A stretch of DNA of 64,000 nucleotides, from positions 97,238 through 161,237 of IMG/VR virus record IMGVR_UViG_3300046787_000130. One strand, 5' to 3'. The stretch is from a virus. Both the position numbers and the translations under genes were made by a program. The notes under the pieces were generated by a model. It was not told the origin of the DNA. It worked only from the letters and a program-made list of their open reading frames with translations, and searched no databases. Of the stretch, positions 27,867 through 37,092 are shown in pieces; position 1 is the first letter of the stretch; each line of letters begins with the position of its first letter.

Positions 27867-30377
27867 ATGGCATCAGCATCGGTACTACAGGCTTGGGAAA
27901 GAGCATTTAAGAGTGGCTCTAAATCCCTACAGCAAAAACTCAGAGCAGCCCATGGCAACAAGCCTGAGTTTAAGAAGTTTTTAAAAGACCAAGGTCTTGA
28001 AACTGAAACTAGCGTAAAGCAAGTATCCAAGTCACAAGTTGACAAGGTCAAGCAGAAAGCCCGTGAAAAACTAGCCGCAAAAGCCTATGGTGCTACCAAG
28101 GGAACCCGTATGGGTGCTGCTGATGGTTCAGGTGAAACGCTCCGTGACACCATTGCACCACTTTCTCCCGAGCAACATGCTGCTGTTAAGACCGCAGAAA
28201 GAACTGCGAAAGCCGCTGCTAAACCAGCCGCCAAACCTAAGAAAGAAAAGAAGCCAAAGGCTCCAAAACCAGAAGAATCTCGCCTAGACATGATTAAGCG
28301 TCTAGCATCAAGAAAGAAGATTAACAATCCTCCTGTATCTGCTAAGCAGTTACGCACTATTGCGGCTGTTGGCGGTCAAGAACATGACCATGGCGGATTT
28401 GATGACCTATCTGGAACAGGTTATGAGAATATGGGTGGTCGTTACAGCATGGATGAATCGCACAAAGTTGGCGATTTAGTAAGTTACTTCCATCAAGGAT
28501 TAGGCGACCATCTCTACGGTAGAGTACAGACAGTTGCTGATGACCATATTACTATGAAGAGCGGAGGAAAAACTTGGAAAGTGCCAATGCAGTTAGTCCA
28601 TAAGGCTGATGAAAAGAAGGTTCCCAAGTACCGTTATGATGAGCAAGTTGAGCGGGTTGCTGAGAACATTATTGACAGATTTGTTGCTAACAAGATTGCT
28701 TCATATCACAGTGATAAGGTCAAAGGTTCTGTAGAGCAGTCCGATGCAGCCCGTGAAGCCGTCACTAAGAAAATGGAGCCAATCAAGAGAAAGATTGAGC
28801 GCATCAAGGCTAGAGCATCATACAAAGATAAGTCTCACGCAAGACATGATGAAACCAAACTAGACCTCAAGCATGCTAATGATGAACACGCAGCACTCAA
28901 AGCAGAGCGCGCAAAGCACTATGATGCCTTTAAAAATGCATCAGCAGAAAGAGATTCCAATATTGCCTCAGACATGAAGACCTATGACAAGTATGGTCTT
29001 GTTGGTCTAGGTCTAAAACGTCTAAAGCAAAACATTCAGAAGGAAGAGACAATGAACGAAGGTATCCTAAGCAAACTTCTAGGCAAGAAGAAAGAATTAG
29101 CCAAGCCAGCCCCAAAGAAGACTGGATACCAAGGTCTTCCTGCTGAGTGGAGCCAAGAGAAGCGCAGCAATGAATATGACGCCAACAAGTACATGGCTAA
29201 ACTCAAGAATGAAGAATACAAAGAGCCTTTTGAAGGCGGTAAGACTCCTTCTAAGAACAAGGGTATTGTAGTAGGCAAGAGCCGTCCTGAAGGAATGTCT
29301 CGCGTTGCTCACCTAGCCCGTCTAGCCCTAAAGAAGAAGGCTATGAAGGAAGGTTACATGAAGGCAAACATGCCTGAAATGGATGATGATAATGGCAAAT
29401 CAGATATGGCAAAATATGAGCGTCAGTCGAAGAAGAAAGGCGTTCGTGCATATGACAAGAATGGCAAACTAGTTGGCAACTATCGTAGCATGGAAGATGC
29501 TAAGAAGTTTAAGCCTGGTCATACATACAAAGAAGAAGTCGAGCAACTAGACGAAATTGGAGATACTCAAAAAGGAAAAGATGCTCTCGCTTCTTACATC
29601 GGAAAAGCCGCTAAAGCACTCCGTAAACCAAATATGGATATCGCTTACGAAAAAGGTGGCGTCGATAATATGATGAAAAATATTAGAAAGGTCAACAACA
29701 GAGAGACAGGAATTGCCGTAGCAGCAAAGAAACTTGCAAAAGAAGAAGTTACGCCAACACCAGTCCACAAGTTAAATCCTGGTTTGCAAGCAAAAATTGA
29801 TGCTGCTAGCAAGAAGCAGAAGCCTCGTCAAGCAGGAACACCTTCTATTGATAAAATCAAACTTATCACTAGAGAAGAAGTTGAACAGGTTGATGAAGTA
29901 AATTCACGTCACAGTTTTGATGCGGCACAGGCTAGACTAACGCCAAGAGCAAAGAACGTTAAGCAAGCCCTAAGCACCAAAAAGCGTGATGTTGCAGCAA
30001 CCAACAAGTATGGCAGAGTTATTGGCAAAATTGCTGGTATGAAGCCAAAGGAAGTTGTTGCCAATCTTAAGGATATGGGCGAAGAAACTGAACAGGTTGC
30101 TGAAGTACTAAAGCCATCTATGGGCGCATCAGCGTACATTAGCGATTTTGTTCGTTCAAAGAATGCTAAGTTTGCCGGTAAGTCTAAAGCCGAACGTACC
30201 AAGATGGCTCTTGGTGCATACTATGGCGATAAGAAGGGCATGAAAGAAGGTCTAGACCCAGTTGGTCAAGAAGATGCAGATGTAAATAACGACGGCAAGC
30301 ATGGTCATTCAACTGACAAGTACTTGCTAAAGCGTCGTGCTGCAATCTCTAAGGCTATGGCTAAGAAAGGCAAATAA
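27867..30377 (+). CDS. Large basic modular virion-internal protein
   Basis: Repeated EEVEQ(L/V)DE motifs; DPVGQEDADVNNDG...KYLLKRR module. Confidence 0.7.
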   Translation: MASASVLQAWERAFKSGSKSLQQKLRAAHGNKPEFKKFLKDQGLETETSVKQVSKSQVDKVKQKAREKLAAKAYGATKGTRMGAADGSGETLRDTIAPLSPEQHAAVKTAERTAKAAAKPAAKPKKEKKPKAPKPEESRLDMIKRLASRKKINNPPVSAKQLRTIAAVGGQEHDHGGFDDLSGTGYENMGGRYSMDESHKVGDLVSYFHQGLGDHLYGRVQTVADDHITMKSGGKTWKVPMQLVHKADEKKVPKYRYDEQVERVAENIIDRFVANKIASYHSDKVKGSVEQSDAAREAVTKKMEPIKRKIERIKARASYKDKSHARHDETKLDLKHANDEHAALKAERAKHYDAFKNASAERDSNIASDMKTYDKYGLVGLGLKRLKQNIQKEETMNEGILSKLLGKKKELAKPAPKKTGYQGLPAEWSQEKRSNEYDANKYMAKLKNEEYKEPFEGGKTPSKNKGIVVGKSRPEGMSRVAHLARLALKKKAMKEGYMKANMPEMDDDNGKSDMAKYERQSKKKGVRAYDKNGKLVGNYRSMEDAKKFKPGHTYKEEVEQLDEIGDTQKGKDALASYIGKAAKALRKPNMDIAYEKGGVDNMMKNIRKVNNRETGIAVAAKKLAKEEVTPTPVHKLNPGLQAKIDAASKKQKPRQAGTPSIDKIKLITREEVEQVDEVNSRHSFDAAQARLTPRAKNVKQALSTKKRDVAATNKYGRVIGKIAGMKPKEVVANLKDMGEETEQVAEVLKPSMGASAYISDFVRSKNAKFAGKSKAERTKMALGAYYGDKKGMKEGLDPVGQEDADVNNDGKHGHSTDKYLLKRRAAISKAMAKKGK

Positions 30378-30379
30378 GT

Positions 30380-30544
30380 ATGGATAAGGAACCTAAGAAA
30401 ACTAAGTTCCGCCAGTTGCGCAAGAAGGTTCAAGCAAACAAAACTGTTAACCTTGAACCTTCTTTGTCAACAATGAAGTCTATGCCAACTACAGCGGCTT
30501 ATGATACAACAAACCCAGGAAACGAAAATGTTAAAGTTCAGTGA
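30380..30544 (+). CDS. 54-aa hypothetical protein (below ORF-track cutoff)
   Basis: MDKEPKKTKFRQLRKK... fills the gap between stops. Confidence 0.45.
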   Translation: MDKEPKKTKFRQLRKKVQANKTVNLEPSLSTMKSMPTTAAYDTTNPGNENVKVQ

Positions 30545-30983
30545 GTACTTTGCCGAGCAAGATGGCACTCTAGACATTGACACCAAGCAACTTGAAGGTC
30601 AATTAGACTTTTTAAATGCTGACTTAGACAAATTAACAGAGAAGCCATTCCAAAACAGTGCAGTCTTTATGAATGCAATTCGCGGAACACTAGAGCGTTA
30701 CAGCCTATTGATTCCTCCAATGGGATACGCATCTCTGTCTACTGATGCAGAACTAGTTTTCAAACTAGGTGAAAGCAGCAGATTCTTATACATCGTACAT
30801 GACGTAAATGAGTTTGGGTTTACTGAAGGTTATGCGCAAGTTGTAACTGAAGATGAACTTCAAGACTTGTACAAACTTGATAGCGAAGATTGGATGGAAA
30901 ACAAGCCATATGTTCCTAACAAGACTCCATATGCCGGAAGAGGCGATGCTGACGATTCCGGAGACAATTCTGATTACACATAA
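30528..30983 (+). CDS. Hypothetical protein with capsid-targeting-like N-terminus
   Basis: MLKFSEYFAE start; SD AGGA. Confidence 0.7.
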   Translation: MLKFSEYFAEQDGTLDIDTKQLEGQLDFLNADLDKLTEKPFQNSAVFMNAIRGTLERYSLLIPPMGYASLSTDAELVFKLGESSRFLYIVHDVNEFGFTEGYAQVVTEDELQDLYKLDSEDWMENKPYVPNKTPYAGRGDADDSGDNSDYT

Positions 30984-31369
30984 TGTTTGAAAACCTAACT
31001 GATGACAATATTCTACTTTATGCTGTGAAGTGCTATGACAAGCCCAACTGCATTATTAGTGAGTTTGATGAAGATTTTAAAAGAGTCCGATACATCAAGC
31101 GATTGCTAAAAAAGTATAGAGAAACAGGTGAACTGAAGGAGCGATTGGTACTTAATCATATCATTCTCCTTCAGAATGTTTTTGGTATTGTGCCAAGCAC
31201 TAGAATTCTGTTTGCAAAGGTTAGTGATAAAGACTATGGTACATTAAAACCTTTTCTGATTTACACATCTGCTATGCCGGATGTGGTCAGGGGAGTGAAT
31301 GGGAGAGATGTACTCTCTAGTGATATTCCGATGGACTGGAGTATCGTAGAGATTCTAAGGAAACTATAA
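30983..31369 (+). CDS. Conserved T4-like hypothetical protein
   Basis: YDKPNC..EF.ED.KR.RYIKRL...ERLVLNHII...NVFG. Confidence 0.8.
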   Translation: MFENLTDDNILLYAVKCYDKPNCIISEFDEDFKRVRYIKRLLKKYRETGELKERLVLNHIILLQNVFGIVPSTRILFAKVSDKDYGTLKPFLIYTSAMPDVVRGVNGRDVLSSDIPMDWSIVEILRKL

Positions 31370-31389
31370 CTTAAACCCAGACATACTGG

Positions 31390-31418
31390 ATTATACCATA
31401 AAACTGGAAAAGAGTCAA
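31390..31418 (-). promoter_or_regulatory. Antisense sigma70 promoter
   Basis: Minus strand TTGACT-17bp-TATAAT with extended -10 TG. Confidence 0.7.
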
Positions 31419-31423
31419 CTAAA

Positions 31424-31945
31424 ATGCCCAAGAAATTTAAGACTATTAGAGAAGAGGCTGCTGGAGCAGTTCCCGTGATGGGGGTAAGCAATGTTGGCGG
31501 TCCAGTAACAGATAACAATCCTCCTGGTCCAAGTAAACTTGTAAAGGCACTTCTACGCCGCAAACGTCCTCTAAAAGAGGATGTATCAAATCATATTGAT
31601 GAGTTCAAGTCATATGCTGCGCAAGAACTAGGTTTACAGAATGTACCAAACATCAATCTAATTGATGATAGAAAAGCCGCACTAGACAATACAAGTTTTG
31701 GCAGTTATTCTCCTAGTAACAAGGACATTAACGTAAATGTTGCAGGTCGTCATGTCGCTGATGTGTTAAGAACATTAGCGCATGAATTGGTTCACCACAA
31801 GCAAAATGAAGATGGCAGACTTACCCATAATGCGGGTGAGACTGGTAGCGATTTTGAAAATGAGGCGAATAGCAAGGCTGGTGTTTTAATGCGCAACTAT
31901 GGCAAGAGAAACCCAGGCATCTACGAAGACTATGAAAACACTTGA
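31424..31945 (+). CDS. HExxH zinc metallopeptidase-like protein
   Basis: RTLAHELVHHKQ...ENEAN. Confidence 0.75.
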   Translation: MPKKFKTIREEAAGAVPVMGVSNVGGPVTDNNPPGPSKLVKALLRRKRPLKEDVSNHIDEFKSYAAQELGLQNVPNINLIDDRKAALDNTSFGSYSPSNKDINVNVAGRHVADVLRTLAHELVHHKQNEDGRLTHNAGETGSDFENEANSKAGVLMRNYGKRNPGIYEDYENT

Positions 31946-32699
31946 AGAAAAGAAACTACTTGTAAAGATGTCGCAGATGCTGGGTCAACCTGTAGACCCA
32001 GAACTGGTTGAATCTATCAAGAGAGAAGAGTATCTAAACCGTAAGATATTCGAAAAAGAAATACCTCCTCCTGCACCAGTTTTGCAGGAAGTTGTCGTTG
32101 TAAAACCAGAACCTGTTCCGGCACCTAAGCCTGCTGAGACTAACATTGTTCCCGCAAAACAAGACCTTGTTCAACAAGTAGTAAACACACTAGGCACTAC
32201 ATCAAAGAATCCTCTCGCAGATACATATCGCGACAAGGAGATAGAGGGCATTCGTAAGACTCTTGCTGAAATGATGCAGAAGATTTCTACGATGTCTTGG
32301 GGCAGTGGCGGTACTGGTTCAGTCTACATTGATGAGATGGTAGATTTTGACAAGAGTTCATATGCTGAGGGTCGATACCTTAAGTGGACTAATGGCAAAT
32401 TCCGTCTAGATGATATCAATTCTCAACAAGTTACATACAATACAACTACAACAGCAACAAATTACACAGCTGTCGATAATGATTATTATATTGGAGTAAC
32501 CGCTGGTCCTGTAACAATTACATTACCATCTTCTACCACTTCAGGTAGAACCATAGTTATCAAGGATGAAACTGGTAACGCGCAAAACAACAACATCACT
32601 ATTGCTGGAACAATAGACAATGATGCTGGTGGCGTGATACTAGCAATTAACAACGGAGCAGTTCAGTTGCTATTCCGTAATGGATGGAGAATTATCTAA
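31932..32699 (+). CDS. Putative virion structural protein
   Basis: Pro-rich linker, SWGSGG, C-terminal DYYIGV..TITLP...IKDETG fibre-like domain. Confidence 0.6.
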   Translation: MKTLEEKKLLVKMSQMLGQPVDPELVESIKREEYLNRKIFEKEIPPPAPVLQEVVVVKPEPVPAPKPAETNIVPAKQDLVQQVVNTLGTTSKNPLADTYRDKEIEGIRKTLAEMMQKISTMSWGSGGTGSVYIDEMVDFDKSSYAEGRYLKWTNGKFRLDDINSQQVTYNTTTTATNYTAVDNDYYIGVTAGPVTITLPSSTTSGRTIVIKDETGNAQNNNITIAGTIDNDAGGVILAINNGAVQLLFRNGWRII

Positions 32700-34018
32700 T
32701 GTCATACTTACTAGACAGAAGCGTTACGCAAGGCACTATTCCTTGGCAGGTTACAAATTACTTCAATGCTGTTAGCGTTGATGCCTTTGCTCGCCAAAGA
32801 GTTTCAACGCCATTTACATTGGGTGACTACAAACATCTGTACGGTATTGACCCCAACTTCCTAGAAAATACTGCTAATGGCGGAACAGTTACATTCCAAT
32901 CAAACCAAGCATGCGCAAGACTTACAACATCAAGTGCATCAAACAGTTCAGTAATTCACCAAACCAAGTTCTATCACCACTATATGCCAGGCAAAAGTCA
33001 AATTATCATGAGCAGTTTTAATTTTTATACTGCTACTGCTAATGTCAGAAAACGTACAGGATACTTTGATGATAACAACGGCATATTTTTTGAACAGGCA
33101 GGCGACGGAACCTTAGCAATTGTTCTTCGTAATTACGTTACAGGTTCTCCTGTTGATAAAAAGATTAGCCAATTTGGTGGCGTATATGGCGCAGGCGATA
33201 CAGGTTGGAATGTAGATGCTTGCGCTGGTGGCGCAAGTAATTCTTTAAACCCAAGTGGCTTTAGCCTTGACATCACTAAGACCCAACTGCTAATAATTGA
33301 CTTTCAGTGGTTAGGTGTCGGTCGTGTTCGTGTTGGATTTGCACACAACGGAGACTTTATTCTTGCTCATACGTTTAATGCTTCTAATGAATTAAATACT
33401 GTGTATATGAGTACACCAAATCTTCCGCAACGTTGTGAGATTGTAAATACAGGAACAACAACTGGCGCATATATGGACCAAATATGTGGAACTGTAATGT
33501 CAGAAGGCGGATATGTCGAAGCAGGTCAAGACTGGGCGGTTTCAAATCCAACACTAAGAACACTTACGTCAGGGTCTACGCTTCCTATTATGGCAATTAG
33601 ATTAAAAACCGCATACAAAACCTATTCAAATAGAATGATTGTTCGAATGGGAAATATCAATATTTTCTCTTCAGGAGAAAACATTAAATGGCAGTTGATT
33701 AAACTTCCTAATCAAGCAGCATTAACTGGTAGCACTTGGACTGATGTTAGTGCAGATAGCGGCGTGCAGTACAACGCAACTTGCACTGCATATTCTGGTG
33801 GCGACGAGATTGATAATGGTTGGGTTGGAGCATCTACTCAAGGAAGTCAAAAGGCTGGGGGCGCACCTACAAGTAACATTCCATCATCAGCCAAGAAAAA
33901 TTATATCGTGCAAAACTATGCGAGCACCGATAGCGAAATTTATGTAATTGTTGCTACAAATCTAGGTACTCAATCCACTGATGTTGGTGTAGGATTGCAG
34001 TGGCGCGAGATATATTAA
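32699..34018 (+). CDS. Putative virion structural (fibre/spike-like) protein
   Basis: DAFARQRVS, Y.PGKS, DFQWLGVGRVR; S/T/G-rich. Confidence 0.6.
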   Translation: MSYLLDRSVTQGTIPWQVTNYFNAVSVDAFARQRVSTPFTLGDYKHLYGIDPNFLENTANGGTVTFQSNQACARLTTSSASNSSVIHQTKFYHHYMPGKSQIIMSSFNFYTATANVRKRTGYFDDNNGIFFEQAGDGTLAIVLRNYVTGSPVDKKISQFGGVYGAGDTGWNVDACAGGASNSLNPSGFSLDITKTQLLIIDFQWLGVGRVRVGFAHNGDFILAHTFNASNELNTVYMSTPNLPQRCEIVNTGTTTGAYMDQICGTVMSEGGYVEAGQDWAVSNPTLRTLTSGSTLPIMAIRLKTAYKTYSNRMIVRMGNINIFSSGENIKWQLIKLPNQAALTGSTWTDVSADSGVQYNATCTAYSGGDEIDNGWVGASTQGSQKAGGAPTSNIPSSAKKNYIVQNYASTDSEIYVIVATNLGTQSTDVGVGLQWREIY

Positions 34019-34030
34019 AAGGAGAATAAC

Positions 34031-34720
34031 ATGGCAGTATCAGGAACAATATCAAGACCAGTAGGAAGCAGAGGCGCTTTTGGATTAACCAAAGAGAAAC
34101 TTTTGCAAATTGTTCCTGCGGCTAAGAACACGAAACTAAATCTTGACTTACTAGTTGAGAGCCTAAATGAAGTTTGCGCAAAGATGGTTGATGAAGTTAA
34201 CTTCGCATCAATCAATCGCCAAGCCGCATTCATTGCTCAGTGCGCTCATGAGTCAGGAAGTTTCTGCCGTGTTACAGAGAACCTCAATTACTCTCCTGAA
34301 GGTTTGACTAAAATCTTCCCGAAGTATTTTCCAACCATTGAGTCTACAAAGAATTACGCTAGACTACCTGAAAAGATTGCTAATAAGGTTTATGCAAACC
34401 GTATGGGCAATGGACCAGAAACATCTGGAGACGGGTGGAAGTACAGAGGTCGCGGACTCATTCAACTTACAGGTAAATTCAATTATCTAAAGTGCGGACC
34501 AAGCCTTGGATTGGATTTAACCGCATCTCCTGAATATCTAGAGTCAGTAGCAGGCGCAGTAAAATCTGCATACTGGTTTTGGAATACAAACAATCTGAAT
34601 GCTTTTGCTGATACGGATGATATTAAAGGTATGACTAAGAAAATTAATGGTGGCTATATTGGATTGGAAGAACGTCAGCATCTATATGATTTAGCAAAGA
34701 AAGTTCTTACGACAATATAG
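34031..34720 (+). CDS. GH19 endolysin
   Basis: AQCAHESG, ENLNYS, DGWKYRGRGLIQLTG, TKKINGG. Confidence 0.92.
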   Translation: MAVSGTISRPVGSRGAFGLTKEKLLQIVPAAKNTKLNLDLLVESLNEVCAKMVDEVNFASINRQAAFIAQCAHESGSFCRVTENLNYSPEGLTKIFPKYFPTIESTKNYARLPEKIANKVYANRMGNGPETSGDGWKYRGRGLIQLTGKFNYLKCGPSLGLDLTASPEYLESVAGAVKSAYWFWNTNNLNAFADTDDIKGMTKKINGGYIGLEERQHLYDLAKKVLTTI

Positions 34721-34729
34721 GAGACTAAA

Positions 34730-34969
34730 ATGTCAATTAAAGATGTGCTATTAAAGACGTTTACAGGTAAGGATAACCAAACCTTAGACATTGGACGTAT
34801 TTTATGGGCAGTATCTGTTTTGAGTTTTCTAGGAATGGGATTTTTTGCAATATATAAAGGGCAGGTAACAGATTTTATTGCTTTTGGAACAGGTTGCGCC
34901 GCAGTGCTTGCTGCTGGTGGTGCTGCTCTAGGTTTCAAGAGTAAAACAGAACCAGGACAAAACGAATGA
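34730..34969 (+). CDS. Small two-TM membrane protein (holin candidate)
   Basis: Two hydrophobic segments; directly after endolysin; SD AGGAG. Confidence 0.55.
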   Translation: MSIKDVLLKTFTGKDNQTLDIGRILWAVSVLSFLGMGFFAIYKGQVTDFIAFGTGCAAVLAAGGAALGFKSKTEPGQNE

Positions 34970-35313
34970 AAACATTTAAAGACTTTTCAGAAACAGTCAA
35001 AGAACCAACAGGCGACTTGAAGAAGGCTTGTTGGGCAGGATACACTGCAGTTGGCGTGAAGATGAAGAATGGCAGAAAGGTTCCTAATTGCGTTCCAATC
35101 AAGGAAGCAAAGGATGAGGGCGAGTATGACTACGAAGGCGACATGGCAATGTCGCAACTAAAGAGCATAATGGCAAATGCTAAGAGACTTCATAACATGA
35201 TGGAACCTGATACTAACTTGCCTGAATGGGTACAGAGCAAGATTACTCTTGCTGAGGACTACATTGTTACTGCCGCCAATTATATGGAAGGACAGTCAGA
35301 TGAAGACCTTTAA
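34966..35313 (+). CDS. Virion-internal hypothetical protein
   Basis: MKTFKDFSE start; CWAGY...VPNCVP; LPEWVQSKIT. Confidence 0.7.
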   Translation: MKTFKDFSETVKEPTGDLKKACWAGYTAVGVKMKNGRKVPNCVPIKEAKDEGEYDYEGDMAMSQLKSIMANAKRLHNMMEPDTNLPEWVQSKITLAEDYIVTAANYMEGQSDEDL

Positions 35314-35656
35314 AGAGTTCATTTTAGAAGCAGCGGAACCTGTAGACTACACCGATGCTGGAAAAGTAAAGGCTGCTATTGGTACGGCTAAATTTAATGC
35401 AATGGTTAAGAGTGAACCTTTTCAAGCGCATCGTAGAATGCACTTTACAGATAATACGCCTACAACTTATTCTGTAACTGACCATGGTTACCATCATAAG
35501 GTAGAAGTTAGCACTCATCCATATTTGACGGTGTTTCATATAGGTCAAGCAAGACGTGGACCTGCAAAAGTTTCGTCATACCATCATATGGTTGCTCATC
35601 CTGAAGAACCTAAACGATATGTTACTATTAAAACACATGGATATGATGACAAATGA
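35300..35656 (+). CDS. Internal-protein-like hypothetical protein
   Basis: MKTFKEFILEA start matches T4 IP capsid-targeting sequence. Confidence 0.7.
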   Translation: MKTFKEFILEAAEPVDYTDAGKVKAAIGTAKFNAMVKSEPFQAHRRMHFTDNTPTTYSVTDHGYHHKVEVSTHPYLTVFHIGQARRGPAKVSSYHHMVAHPEEPKRYVTIKTHGYDDK

Positions 35657-36069
35657 AAAAACTACTATTACTTGCAGCCCTACTCCCACTAACAGCATCG
35701 GCTAATCCATACAACTGGAAAGCACTGCGCGCAGTAGATGGCGACACTGTTGAAGTTGAAGCAAAGTGGCTTCCTCCTGAACTAGGAACCAAAATCAAGA
35801 TTCGTGTTCTTGGCGTAGATACTCCTGAAAAGGCTCCACGCGCCAAGTGCGAACAGGAAGCAGCCAAGGCTCTTCTTGCTTCAGCATTTACTAGAGACTT
35901 TATCAAAACTGGTAAAGTTGTGGAAGTAAACATTAAGGATTGGGACAAGTATGGCGGAAGAATTCTTGGTGATATTGTTGTTGACGGAAAGAGCCTTAAA
36001 GACCAGTTGATTCTTCGCGGTCATGCACGTGCATACAATGGAGGCACCAAGTCAAGTTGGTGTAATTAA
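35653..36069 (+). CDS. Secreted thermonuclease (SNase family)
   Basis: Signal peptide; VDGDT, IRVLGVDTPE, DKYGGRILG. Confidence 0.9.
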   Translation: MKKLLLLAALLPLTASANPYNWKALRAVDGDTVEVEAKWLPPELGTKIKIRVLGVDTPEKAPRAKCEQEAAKALLASAFTRDFIKTGKVVEVNIKDWDKYGGRILGDIVVDGKSLKDQLILRGHARAYNGGTKSSWCN

Positions 36070-36070
36070 T

Positions 36071-36640
36071 ATGTTCAACCTTATTCCCTTGCCTTACAGA
36101 ATTTTAGCGGTTATACTAATAGCCTTATCTCTATTTGGATTTGGATATTACAAGGGATTACAGGTTAGCAAGGAGCGGATTGCGCTGTTTGAAGCCAAGG
36201 CTAGACTTGAATATGAACAACTTCGTAATGCCTATGAAAAAGCCAAGAATGATGTAAATACAAAGATTGTTACGGAATATGTTGACCGTATCATCTATGT
36301 TACCAAGTGGAGAACTAAAAATGTTGAAATCGTCAAAGAAGTACCTTCTAATTGCGAGTTGTCTGCTGGTTGGGTGCACGTCCACGATTCCTCAGCAGAG
36401 GGTCGTGATGCCGACCGTACCGCCGCAGCTGATGGAACCTCCTCAGAAATTAAAGACACTGAAGCCCTCGAAACAGTCATCGACAACTACGGAATCTGCG
36501 CAGCCAATGCCGAAAAAGTGAAGGCTTGGCAAAAATGGTACACAGACCAGCAGGTTGCTGTCGGCAAGATTAATCGGGATAACGGAGTTCCGGAAAATAT
36601 AAATACAGCTGAAATACCTATCGAAAAGGCTAAGCAATGA
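36071..36640 (+). CDS. i-spanin (Rz-like)
   Basis: N-terminal TM, coiled coil, embeds a lipoprotein ORF. Confidence 0.75.
   Translation: MFNLIPLPYRILAVILIALSLFGFGYYKGLQVSKERIALFEAKARLEYEQLRNAYEKAKNDVNTKIVTEYVDRIIYVTKWRTKNVEIVKEVPSNCELSAGWVHVHDSSAEGRDADRTAAADGTSSEIKDTEALETVIDNYGICAANAEKVKAWQKWYTDQQVAVGKINRDNGVPENINTAEIPIEKAKQ
36321..36521 (+). CDS. o-spanin lipoprotein (Rz1-like), embedded +1 frame
   Basis: SD GGAG; MLKSSKKYLLIASCLLVG|C lipobox; Pro-rich mature part. Confidence 0.75.
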   Translation: MLKSSKKYLLIASCLLVGCTSTIPQQRVVMPTVPPQLMEPPQKLKTLKPSKQSSTTTESAQPMPKK

Positions 36641-37032
36641 GTGAATTTGATACCTCAAAGTTAATGCGGTTAGACAACGATATTAATGCCTTGAAGGTAG
36701 AAGTCAGCGCACTCAAAGAAAAAGTATCATTTTTTAATGTCATCTATGGAAAGTTTGACGATACCCTGGAAAAGGTAGAGAAACTCATGGAAGACAGAAG
36801 AAACGAAACCAATCAGGATTTACGAGATGTATACCAAAAAATACAAGATACGGAGAATAAAATTATGGATGAAATTCGTAATTTGAAAACCGAAATGGTA
36901 TCACAGAGAGATGCTGAACAGAATAAGATGAACAACAAAATTGAAAGTCTTGACAAGTGGCGCTGGCAGATGATGGGTGGCGCAGCAGTTGTTGGATTCC
37001 TACTCTCCAAAGCCGCAGACTTTATCAAGTAG
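36637..37032 (+). CDS. Coiled-coil protein with C-terminal TM (XhlA-like architecture)
   Basis: Heptad repeats then KWRWQMMGGAAVVGFLL; TATAAATA at 36598. Confidence 0.65.
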   Translation: MSEFDTSKLMRLDNDINALKVEVSALKEKVSFFNVIYGKFDDTLEKVEKLMEDRRNETNQDLRDVYQKIQDTENKIMDEIRNLKTEMVSQRDAEQNKMNNKIESLDKWRWQMMGGAAVVGFLLSKAADFIK

Positions 37033-37061
37033 TTGACTTTTCCCTTCGAATAGGGTATGCT
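37033..37061 (+). promoter_or_regulatory. Sigma70-type promoter for primase operon
   Basis: TTGACT-17bp-TATGCT. Confidence 0.65.
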
Positions 37062-37092
37062 AGGTAATCCTAGCCACCACTAAAGTTATATT

